DNA from: Candidatus Omnitrophota bacterium | GTDB taxonomy: Bacteria > Omnitrophota > Gorgyraeia > Aquiviventales > Aquiviventaceae | Length of the DNA: 64,000 bases | NCBI GenBank assembly: GCA_016180575.1 | Contig: JACPAY010000006.1 | Location: 10,165 to 74,164, forward strand | Reading direction: 5' to 3' | Shown here: one piece after another, positions 39,656 to 48,000 of the stretch | Layout of the letters: the number at the start of each line of letters is the position of its first letter | Numbering within the stretch: the stretch's first letter is position 1 | Notes under the pieces: model-generated | What the model was told of the DNA's origin: nothing | The model's database searches: none | The model's input: only the letters and a program-made list of their open reading frames with translations | Made by a program: the position numbers and the translations under genes

Positions 39656-40467
39656 TGTTTGAGCGCCTCGACGAGCGCGTAGGGCACCTTGACCGCGCCG
39701 ACCGGTAGCCCCTCCTTCGCGTTGCCGTGATAGTCGCTGCCGCCGGTCTTGAGCAGCTTGAGCTGGTCGGCAAGCTGCACGTAGTGCCGCACCATGTCCG
39801 GGTTATGGCCCGAGTGGTAGGCCTCAAGGCCCGCCAGCCCCTCCTTCACAAACCCGGCAATGAGCGCATCGCGCTTCAGGTACACCGGATGCGCGAGGAC
39901 CGGCACCCCGCCGGCCTCCCGGATCACGCGGATGACCTGCGCGGGGGCGAGCGGTGAGCCGGGCACGAAGCCGGGGTTGTCGGGCCCGATGTACTTGGCG
40001 AACGCCTCCGAGAGCGACGTGATGTAGCCATGCGCCAGCAGGACGCGCGCCACGTGCGGCCGGCCGACCGTGCCCGGGCCGGCCACCCGGAACACCTCCT
40101 CCGCGTCGATCCGGACCCCGACGCGCGCAAGGCGCTTGACCATCTCATGGACCCGCTCGACCCGCCGGGCCTGCTGCTCCTGCAGATGCCGGGAGAGGCC
40201 CGGATGGCCGGGGTCGAAGAGGAACCCCAGCACGTGGACCTCCTCGCCCTCGGCGCTGGCCGACATCTCGATGCCCGGGATGAGCTCGATGCCGAACCCG
40301 GCGGCGACCGTCCGGGCGATCGGGATCGCCTCGACGTTATCGTGGTCCGTGATGGCGATCGCCGAGAGGCCCGCCTGCCTGGCCAGCTCGACCACGCGCT
40401 CCGGGCTGTCGGTCCCGTCGGAGAACGTCGTGTGGAGGTGGAGGTCAGCGCTTTTTGTGGATGGCAT
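39631..40467 (-). CDS. PHP-domain metal-dependent phosphoesterase
   Basis: ATG at 40467 (MPSTKSADLHLHTTFSDGT...ITDHDN). About 278 aa. The ORF-track N-terminal extension was rejected. Confidence 0.8.
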   Translation of the reverse strand: MPSTKSADLHLHTTFSDGTDSPERVVELARQAGLSAIAITDHDNVEAIPIARTVAAGFGIELIPGIEMSASAEGEEVHVLGFLFDPGHPGLSRHLQEQQARRVERVHEMVKRLARVGVRIDAEEVFRVAGPGTVGRPHVARVLLAHGYITSLSEAFAKYIGPDNPGFVPGSPLAPAQVIRVIREAGGVPVLAHPVYLKRDALIAGFVKEGLAGLEAYHSGHNPDMVRHYVQLADQLKLLKTGGSDYHGNAKEGLPVGAVKVPYALVEALKQWQAATVR

Positions 40468-40849
40468 CCAGGATCCCGTTGATGAACTTGCCCGACTCGG
40501 CGTCGCCGAACCGCTTGGCGAGCTCGATGGCCTCATTGAGGCACACCTTCGCGGGGGTGCCCTCCCCGTAGAGCAGCTCAAAGACGCCCAGGCGGAGGAT
40601 GTTCCGGTCGATGACCGCCATCCGGTTGATGTCCCAGTTATCCGCGTGGGCGGCGATCAGCGCATCGATCTCCTGCAGATGCTGCATGGTGCCCTGCACG
40701 AGCGCATCCGCATAGGTCCGCACCTCCGCAGGCGCCGGCTCATGGGCCTGCCAGAACTCCTCCGGGGTGGATGGGGAGCCTGCGCGGCGGATATCCGCCT
40801 GGTAGAGCATCTGGAGCGCGCACTCCCGGGATTTCGACCGGCTGCGCAT
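40445..40849 (-). CDS. nusB: transcription antitermination factor NusB
   Basis: 134 aa (SRECALQMLYQ..., DRMAVIDRNILRLGVFELLY). Confidence 0.9.
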   Translation of the reverse strand: MRSRSKSRECALQMLYQADIRRAGSPSTPEEFWQAHEPAPAEVRTYADALVQGTMQHLQEIDALIAAHADNWDINRMAVIDRNILRLGVFELLYGEGTPAKVCLNEAIELAKRFGDAESGKFINGILDAIHKKR

Positions 40850-41340
40850 CAGAGGCGGGCGCGCTGAAAGAGCCGCAAGACGGCCAGGGCCGCTTCCGCC
40901 GCTTCCGCCCCGCGGTTCCCCATGGCGCCGCCAGCGCGGGCGCGCGCCTGGGCGGCCGTCTGTGCCACGATGACGCCGAACGTCACGGGGATGCCCGTCT
41001 TCACCGCCACCTGCGAGAGGCCGTCGGCGGCCGCATGGGCGAGGACCTCGTACTGCGGCGTCTCGCCGCGGATGAGCGAGCCGAGGGCGATGATGGCGTG
41101 CGGCCGAGGACGGCCTCCGGCCGCGCGGGCGGCGATGACCGGCAGCTCAAAGGCGCCCGGCGCCCACAGCAGGCGGATCCGCGACCGGGCCGCCCCGGCC
41201 CGGATGAGGGTGTCGGTCGCGCCGCGCACGAGCGAACGGGCGATGGCGGGATGGAACTGCGAGGCGAGGAGGACGAACCGCTTGCCCCTGGCGATCCGAT
41301 CCGATCCCTGGGCGCGGCGGGGCCTAGCTTGCGTGCGCAT
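40849..41340 (-). CDS. ribH: 6,7-dimethyl-8-ribityllumazine synthase
   Basis: ATG at 41340. [14 protein letters not shown]..., [15 protein letters not shown]. About 163 aa. Confidence 0.9.
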   Translation of the reverse strand: MRTQARPRRAQGSDRIARGKRFVLLASQFHPAIARSLVRGATDTLIRAGAARSRIRLLWAPGAFELPVIAARAAGGRPRPHAIIALGSLIRGETPQYEVLAHAAADGLSQVAVKTGIPVTFGVIVAQTAAQARARAGGAMGNRGAEAAEAALAVLRLFQRARL

Positions 41341-42541
41341 CGAGCAGATGGCCGAGCTTGTCGCGCTTGGCCTCGAGGTACTTCGCGTTCTCAGGACGCG
41401 GAGCGACCTCGATGGGGACGCGCTCGACCACCCGCAGGCCGTAGCCCTCAAGCCCCACGATCTTCCGGGGGTTGTTGGTGAGCAGCCGCAGGTCCTTCAG
41501 GCCCAGGTCGACGAGGATCTGGGCGCCGATCCCGTAGTCGCGCAGGTCCGGCCCGAACCCGAGCGCCAGGTTGGCCTCGACCGTGTCCAGCCCCTGCTCC
41601 TGAAGCGCGTAGGCCTTCAACTTGTTGGCCAGCCCGATCCCCCGCCCCTCCTGGTTGATGTAGAGGATGACCCCGCGCCCCGCGTCCGCGATCTTCTCCA
41701 TCGCCCGCCGCAGCTGCGGCCCGCAGTCGCAGCGCAGGCTGCCGAACACATCGCCCGTCAGGCACCGGGAGTGGACGCGCACGAGCACGGGGCTGCCGTC
41801 GTCCACCGCGCCCCGCACCAGCGCCACGTGCTGGCGGTCGTCGATGCTCGTCTCGTAGAGCATCAGGTCGAACTCGCCCGCCTCGGTGGGCAGCTTGGCG
41901 GTCACCACGCGCTGCACGAGCTTCTCGAACCGCCGGCGGTACTCGATGAGGCTCGCGATGGTGCAGATCTTGAGCCCCTGCCGCGCGGCGAACGCCATCA
42001 GGTCGGCGGTGCGCGCCATCGTCCCGTCGTCGCGCATGATCTCGCAGATGACGCCCGCGGGGAAGACGCCGGCGAGCCGGGCCAGATCCACCGCCGCCTC
42101 GGTGTGCCCCGCCCGGCGCAGCACCCCGCCCCCCTTGGCGCGCAGAGGGAAGACGTGGCCCGGGCGGGTCAGGTCCTCGGGGCGGGAGGCCGGGTTGATG
42201 AGCACCTGGATCGTGCGGGCGCGGTCATGGGCCGAGATGCCCGTCGTGACGCCGCGCCGGGCGTCCACCGAGATGGTCCAGTCGGTCTTCATCGGGTCCT
42301 CGGAGGGGCTCACCATCGGCCGCAGGCCCAGCGCGTCGAGGGCGCTCCCCGCCATCGGGACGCAGACGATGCCCCGGCCGTGCGTCACCATGAAGTTCAC
42401 GTGCTCGGGGGTCGAGAAGGGGGCGGCCATCACGAGGTCGCCCTCGTTCTCGCGGTCGCCGTCATCCACGACGATGACGATCCGCCCCTCGCGGATCTCC
42501 TCGAGGATTTCGGGGATGGGATGGAAGGTCGGTTCGCTCAT
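41324..42541 (-). CDS. ribBA: bifunctional DHBP synthase / GTP cyclohydrolase II
   Basis: ATG at 42541 ([36 protein letters not shown]). RibA half with CDCG and NQEGRGIGL. The ORF-track TTG at 42583 lies inside the predicted promoter. Confidence 0.9.
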   Translation of the reverse strand: MSEPTFHPIPEILEEIREGRIVIVVDDGDRENEGDLVMAAPFSTPEHVNFMVTHGRGIVCVPMAGSALDALGLRPMVSPSEDPMKTDWTISVDARRGVTTGISAHDRARTIQVLINPASRPEDLTRPGHVFPLRAKGGGVLRRAGHTEAAVDLARLAGVFPAGVICEIMRDDGTMARTADLMAFAARQGLKICTIASLIEYRRRFEKLVQRVVTAKLPTEAGEFDLMLYETSIDDRQHVALVRGAVDDGSPVLVRVHSRCLTGDVFGSLRCDCGPQLRRAMEKIADAGRGVILYINQEGRGIGLANKLKAYALQEQGLDTVEANLALGFGPDLRDYGIGAQILVDLGLKDLRLLTNNPRKIVGLEGYGLRVVERVPIEVAPRPENAKYLEAKRDKLGHLLDAHAS

Positions 42542-42554
42542 GGGGTAGCTATGC

Positions 42555-42583
42555 AGTATAGCCTCTCCGGGCGGGGCGGTCAA
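42555..42583 (-). promoter_or_regulatory. sigma70-type promoter of the rib operon (TTGACC-17-TATACT)
   Basis: -35 at 42583..42578 and -10 at 42560..42555. The ATG is only 13 nt downstream of the -10, implying a very short or absent leader. Confidence 0.55.
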
Positions 42584-42713
42584 TCCGCCGGGCCGGGGGG
42601 TACTGTCCTAATTTGCCCCCACCTTTCTTTGAATCTTATCAAGCATTTTAGCCATGTTCCATAACATACCCATCTGACCAATCGTAAGAATAAGTATTAC
42701 GCCTACGATCTTT

Positions 42714-43541
42714 TCAATTGCCATTTTCCCTCCAGGTTAACGCCCCCTTCACTAATTTCTCCAAACTCCAGATATGGTCAGTTATACCAGCCGCCATTGC
42801 CGGTGTCATCTTCAACGTACGGTGTACCCTGCACAGGTTGTAGTGACCGAAATGCAAGGCTAAAGCAGCTACCAAGTTCTCGGATTTCTTGCTGAACGCA
42901 TTGGTTTTACGGGCAATCCGTCTGACGCTCATCCGCATCGTGAGGTTGTTGCGCTCCACATACGAGGTTGAAATCTTGTCGAGCTTCGGATAACCAGCCA
43001 CCACGCTAGGCCGCGCCCCGATACACTCATCCCCTGAGTAAATTTTCACTAACTGCCCGAAGTGTACCTCTGTCCCGAATGCGACCTCAGCCGCGTCCAC
43101 ATAGGCAGGGAAGCCGTCGGTCGAAAGCTGAAACTCCCCCACGATGCGCTTGCGGAGATCGCTCATCAGCCGCAAGGCGGTGTAGCCGTTGCGGTGGCCG
43201 GTCGTGTGGCTGATGACTAGCTTGCTCTCAGCATCGAGGGCGACAAAGACCCACACCTCTCCGCTGTAGCCGTTCATCACCAAGCCGTGATACTCAGGGT
43301 TGTTTTTCTTTCCTATGAACGTGCAAAGCTCGTCTGCTTGGACATAGTTGACCTTCAAACCCTTGATCTGTTCGTCCAACATCTTCTGTGCTGCCTGACC
43401 TGCCCGAACGTGCCAGCGCATGATCGTATCACGGTGAACGCCTGTAATGCGCTCTAGGGAGCGAATGGACTGGCCTTCAACGAGACCATTCAGCAAGATT
43501 AAGATTTTCTCTTTACTCAGCACATTCATATGAGAACACAT
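42714..43541 (-). CDS. IS1-superfamily DDE transposase
   Basis: 275 aa. N-terminal HTH (SIRSLERITGVHRDTIMRW) and DDE-region landmarks (ADELCTF, STDGFPAY, SYVERNNLTMRM...KTNAFSK). The likely start is the ATG at 43529. Confidence 0.85.
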   Translation of the reverse strand: MCSHMNVLSKEKILILLNGLVEGQSIRSLERITGVHRDTIMRWHVRAGQAAQKMLDEQIKGLKVNYVQADELCTFIGKKNNPEYHGLVMNGYSGEVWVFVALDAESKLVISHTTGHRNGYTALRLMSDLRKRIVGEFQLSTDGFPAYVDAAEVAFGTEVHFGQLVKIYSGDECIGARPSVVAGYPKLDKISTSYVERNNLTMRMSVRRIARKTNAFSKKSENLVAALALHFGHYNLCRVHRTLKMTPAMAAGITDHIWSLEKLVKGALTWRENGN

Positions 43542-43558
43542 ATGTTCATTTAATAGGC

Positions 43559-43584
43559 AAAAAAATATCCCTCAGCGCTGAGGG
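43559..43584 (-). terminator. intrinsic terminator after the HTH gene
   Basis: 16-nt perfect palindrome CCCTCAGCGCTGAGGG (43569-43584, includes the stop codon), followed on the coding strand by AUAUUUUUUU. Confidence 0.6.
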
Positions 43585-43760
43585 AGAATGCCCTTTGATT
43601 GAAGTATGACTTGGTACGCCCTAGAAACCTTGGTCTTGCCTGTCAGCCACCGATTAACCGTCTGGACAGGTGCACCAATCTCGGCGGCAAACTCGTATTG
43701 CTTCTTGTCGTGACGAGCGAGGTAGACGTTGATCTGGCGAATAAGTTCCTTGTCGCCCAT
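43572..43760 (-). CDS. Cro/XRE-type helix-turn-helix protein
   Basis: 62 aa (KKQYEFAAEIGAPVQTVNRWLTGKTKVS). Confidence 0.8.
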   Translation of the reverse strand: MGDKELIRQINVYLARHDKKQYEFAAEIGAPVQTVNRWLTGKTKVSRAYQVILQSKGILPQR

Positions 43761-43806
43761 TGCGATACGATACTATCATATGTGTTCTCATGTGTCGATA
43801 TCAATT

Positions 43807-44136
43807 TTATTCAAATGCATCGACAATTTGAACTGGCAATGTAATTGGTTTGACGTTCTCTGGCGCTGGTGGCGGCGCAATAGTATCTACCTTTGGTTTT
43901 GTTGGTCGAGTGATCGGCTCAAGAGAAAGTCTATTTCTGATGATATAGTGTATATTTTTTTCTTTTTCGGGTGTGAAAAGTATTCCTCGAAATCTACCTT
44001 GCAAATCCCAAACAAGCTCTCCTTCAATCCAACCAAGATGATCGCCGTCTCTAGAAAACAAAAGTCCCTCTTTGAAGAACCCAAGGTAATTTCCGTTCGT
44101 CTTATAAACATGCTTTATGGTTATAGTGACAGTCAT
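43807..44136 (-). CDS. small beta-rich hypothetical protein
   Basis: 109 aa with Gly-hydrophobic beta-hairpin-like repeats (NGNYLGFFKEGLLFSRDGDHLGWIEGELVWDLQGRFRGILF) and a Pro-rich tail. ATGA overlap with the protease gene stop. Confidence 0.5.
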   Translation of the reverse strand: MTVTITIKHVYKTNGNYLGFFKEGLLFSRDGDHLGWIEGELVWDLQGRFRGILFTPEKEKNIHYIIRNRLSLEPITRPTKPKVDTIAPPPAPENVKPITLPVQIVDAFE

Positions 44137-44810
44137 GGGGTAATTATTTTATGATCAGGAATATAGTTAGCAGGTACAGCATAACCCATACCTAGATTAA
44201 CGTTACTCACTAGAGCCTTATATATTTCAACTATATCGATACCATGTAAGGACAATGCCCCTACGCTCATATTTTCAATTGCTTCCAACAACCGGTTATG
44301 TTGCCTTCTCTTCAGGTTAACAACTCCCAAAACTTTCCCTTCTGTGTCCATTAAAGGACAACCGCTATTGCCAGAGTTAACTGTTCCATCGATAGCATAA
44401 GTAGTTATGCCAGCCGCATCTTTAATTATTGCAGAAATGATTCCTTGATGGGTTGTAAGGTGCTCGGAACTAAATGGATAACCTGAAAAAATTACACGCA
44501 GCCCCTCGGTAACTGGATTGATAAGACTAATTGGTAGAGGATTTCGTGTGGAGTCATCAAACTTTAGAAGCGCTAGATCGTGTTCCTCGTCCTTTATAAT
44601 AACTTTGCTTGTAATCGCGGCATTTGTGTCAGGAAATTTTATAGCAACAGCGCTGGCATCTTTTACGACGTGATTACAGGTTACCAAAATATTCTTGGTT
44701 CCAAAAACGAACCCGCTTCCAGTGCTGAAGAGTTTTTGGGCAGGGTCGAGTACGGCAAGAACAAGAGCAATGCTCGGCTTGACCTGCTTGATAACGGGGG
44801 AGTGATCCAT
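44133..44810 (-). CDS. cytoplasmic trypsin-fold (S1/Trypsin_2-like) serine protease
   Basis: Start at internal ATG 44810 (MDHSPVIKQVK...). Triad contexts TCNHVV / EHDLALLKF / GNSGCPL. No signal peptide. The upstream ORF-track residues cross the TIR and GC repeat and were rejected. Confidence 0.8.
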   Translation of the reverse strand: MDHSPVIKQVKPSIALVLAVLDPAQKLFSTGSGFVFGTKNILVTCNHVVKDASAVAIKFPDTNAAITSKVIIKDEEHDLALLKFDDSTRNPLPISLINPVTEGLRVIFSGYPFSSEHLTTHQGIISAIIKDAAGITTYAIDGTVNSGNSGCPLMDTEGKVLGVVNLKRRQHNRLLEAIENMSVGALSLHGIDIVEIYKALVSNVNLGMGYAVPANYIPDHKIITP

Positions 44811-44910
44811 CGGGATGAGGTGATAATATAGCACTAGGAAGCATGAAAGGTAAGCGAATTTTGAGCTTCGGTTGGATTGCCAAATTAGGACACTACCGGC
44901 CGGGGGGTGC

Positions 44911-45028
44911 TGTCTCAATTTGGCGGGTCCTGCCGCGCCGCCACCCCGTCGGCTGTCCTCCCCCGCCATGGCGGGGTGCGGGCAGGCGACGGGGTCCCCG
45001 GCTCTGCGTCACCCGCCAAATTGAGACA
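44911..45028. repeat. GC-rich long-hairpin repeat, copy 2 (complete, perfect 18-bp TIRs)
   Basis: TGTCTCAATTTGGCGGGT ... ACCCGCCAAATTGAGACA enclose the conserved arms and a CCCCGCC-AT-GGCGGGG apex. Ends 13 nt from the smc stop. Confidence 0.9.
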
Positions 45029-45041
45029 CGATCGGCCGGGG

Positions 45042-48000
45042 TCAGGCCGGCACGGGCGCGGCGGGTTGGGCCCCGGGCGTGAGCTTGGCGGAGAGGATCT
45101 TGGAGATGCCGGCCTCCTCCATGGTGACGCCATAGAGCGAGTCGGCCTTGGTGATGGTCTTCTTGTTGTGGGTGACGAGGATGAACTGGGAGAGCGCCAG
45201 GAACTCCTCAAGCACCCGGGTGAAGCGGTCCACGTTCGCCTCATCGAGCGGCGCATCGATCTCATCCAGGATGCAGAAGGGCGAGGGGCGGACCTTGAAG
45301 AGCGCAAAGAGGAGCGCCACCGCCGTCAGCGCCCGCTCGCCGCCGGAGAGGAGGCTGATGCTCTGGAGCCGCTTGCCTGGCGGGCGCGCCACGATGTCGA
45401 TGCCGGACTCAAGGACCTCCTCCTCATCCAGGAGGATGAGGTCGGCCTCGCCGCCGTTGAAGAGCCGCGCGTAGTAGTGCTTGAACTCCTCGGTGATGCG
45501 CGCGAAGGTCTCGCGGAACTGCGCGCGCGCCGTGCGGTTGATCTGGGTGATGGAGGCCTTGAGGTCATCGCGCGCCTGGACGAGGTCCTGCTGCTGCGTC
45601 TGGAGGAACTCGAAGCGCCGCTTCAGCTCGTCGTACTCCTCGACCGAGCCCAGGCTCACCGGGCCGATGCCCTCGAGCTTGGCCCGGAGCTTCTGGATCT
45701 GCTCGGCGTCGAATGCGCGCTGCTCCTCGGTGAGCGGCGAGGGGTTGGCCTGCTGCTCGGTCTGCACCGCCGCCTCGTCGATCTGGTAGAGCTCCCGCAG
45801 GCGCTCCACCAGGTGCGAGCGGCGGAACGCCCGCTCGGAGAGCTGCTGAGCCTGCTCCTGGATCTCGCGCATCAGGGCGGAGAGCTGCTGCTCCACCGCC
45901 AGGAAGTGCGGCAGGAGCTGGTCGCGCTTGGCTTCCTCCTCGCGCAGCGCCTGGCCGACGGTCGCGGCCTCCGCTTCGACGCGCGCGCGCTCCTCCTGGA
46001 GCTGGCGGCCGCCCGCCTCATGGGCCTCCACCTGCTGCGCAAGCTCCGCGGAGCGCGCCTGCGCATCAACCCGCTGCTTGGCCTTCGCCTCAAGCTGCTG
46101 GGCGAGCTGCGCGCGGTCTGATTCCACCTCATGGACGCGGGCCTCGAGCGCGCCGAGCCGCTCGGTCAGCGACTGCAGGCTCGCCTCGACCTGCGCCCGG
46201 GCGATCAGCAGCTCCTGCTTGCGCTGCTCGGACGCCTCGCGCGAGGCCTGTGCCTCCGCGAGCGAGCGCTCAAGCGTCTGCTGGCGGCGCTCCGCCTCCT
46301 CGACCGCCTGCCGCGCCGCCGCAAGCGACGCCTGCAACTCCGCCTGCCGCGCGGCGAGCTCCTGCATCTCGAGCTCGCCCGCCGCGCGCTCCTCATCGAG
46401 CCGCTGCATCTCCCGCGCGAGCTGCCCAAGCTGCGCATCGAGCTTGTGCAGGGCAGGCAGAGCCTGCGCAAAGCGGCCCCTGGCCGACTCCTGCTCCGTC
46501 AGGCACGTCTGCCAGGCCTGCTCCGCCTCCGCCGCCTCCGATTCGAGCCGCAGGAACTCCAGCTCCCGCGCCTGAAGCGCCGACTGTCCCTGCTCCCAGC
46601 GCTGCTTCCGTCCGAGCCGCCCGTGCGCCGGCGCGCGGGTCCCGCCGAAGCGCCACGACCGGCGGTCCCACCGGTCGCCGCGAACGCTCACGAGCCGTCC
46701 CTGCGGCGCGGCGCGGCCGGCGAGCAGCCGCTGGATGTCATCGATGACCCAGGAATCGTTCAGGAGCCAGTCCACGAGCGGCTGGTACTCCGGCTCGGCG
46801 CGCACGAACTCCTTCACGGCGCCGGTGACCCCCTCGCTGACCTCCACCCGCTCCATCGAGAGCGCCACGGGGCAGTCGGAGAGGACGAGGAATCGGCATC
46901 CCGCCAGCTGCTGCGTGCTCATCGCCTGGCGGCAGCGCGAGAGCGCCGCGCGGTCGCGCACCACGAGCGCGTCGGCCAGCGGCCCCAGCGCGGCCTCCAC
47001 CACCTCTTCATAGCCGGGCTGCGCCTGGACGAGGTCCACGAGCGGGCCGATGAGCCCGTCGATGGATTGCGTCATCAGCGACTTCACCGTGTCCGGAAAC
47101 CCTTCATAGCGCCGCCAGAGGTCCTCCCAGAGCGCGACCTGGGCGCGCTCGCTCGCCAGCTGGTCGCGCACCTGGTGGAGCCGCCCGGCCAGCTCATGGC
47201 GCCTGGCCCCGGATGCGTCGAGCGACCGCTGGGCGATGGCGAGGCTGCTTTGGAGCTCATCGTGCTGCTGCTGGAGCGTCTCGCGCTCCTGCTGGATGGC
47301 CTGGTGGCGGCGCCGCGTCTCTTCCGACTGGGCCGCCCGCTGCGCGCGGCCGGCATCGAGGCGCGCGAGCTGCGCCTCCAACCCCTGCAGCTGCGACGTC
47401 AGCTCCGCGAGCTCGTTCCGCTGGCGGGACGCCTCGGCGGCCGCCTCGAAGAGCTCGGCCTTGGCGCCGGTGAGGGCGCGCAGCGCCGCCTCGACCGCCG
47501 CGGCCAGCGTCGAGAGCTCCTCGCCGCCCTGGCTGAGCTGCCCCTGGACAGCCGCAAGCTGCGCGCGGATCTCCGATTCGGCCCCGCCGAGGCGCGAGCG
47601 CTGCTCCTCAAGCTGCCCGAGCCGCGCGCGCAGCTGGAGCTCCTCCTGCTCCAATCCCTGTGTCTGCGCCCCCAGCTCCCCGATCCAGCGCGCCTTGAGG
47701 GCGCGCTGGCTCTCGTGCTGCTCAATCTGGCTTGCGCACTCGACCGCCTTGGTGCGCAGCGCCTGGAGCTGCTGCTGGACCGCGGAGACGGCGCTGTTGG
47801 CCGCTTCAAGCGAACTCATGTGCGCGGTCTTCTGGGCCTCCCGCTCGTCGCGCTCGCGCTGCAGCGCCTGCACGCGCGCCTCGAGCTCCTTGTGGCGGCT
47901 CTCGCCGCCGCACAGCTCATCCACCGCCAGGCGCAGCTCGAGCGACTTGAGCTGCTCCCATTGCGTCTTGTACTGGCGCGCCTTGTTCGCGGCCCGCTCC

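Larger units (their letters stand above)
42599..44897. mobile_element. 2.3-kb IS1/IS1595-type transposon with passenger genes, bounded by 17-bp TIRs and an 8-bp TSD
   Basis: GGTACTGTCCTAATTTG (42599-42615) against CAAATTAGGACACTACC (44881-44897), 16/17 complementary. GGCCGGGG is directly repeated on both outer flanks (42591-42598, 44898-44905). The interior is clearly AT-richer than the flanks. Confidence 0.8.

Noticed and set aside
42541-42714. FMN riboswitch upstream of ribBA.
   Set aside because: I could not find the conserved FMN-element core sequences. The predicted promoter leaves only ~13 nt before the ATG. A covariance-model scan would be needed to be certain.
44811-44880. A promoter for the protease cargo operon inside the transposon's right end (TTGGCA and TATATT hexamers).
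   Set aside because: The hexamers are about 50 nt apart, and no pair with 16-18 nt spacing was convincing.
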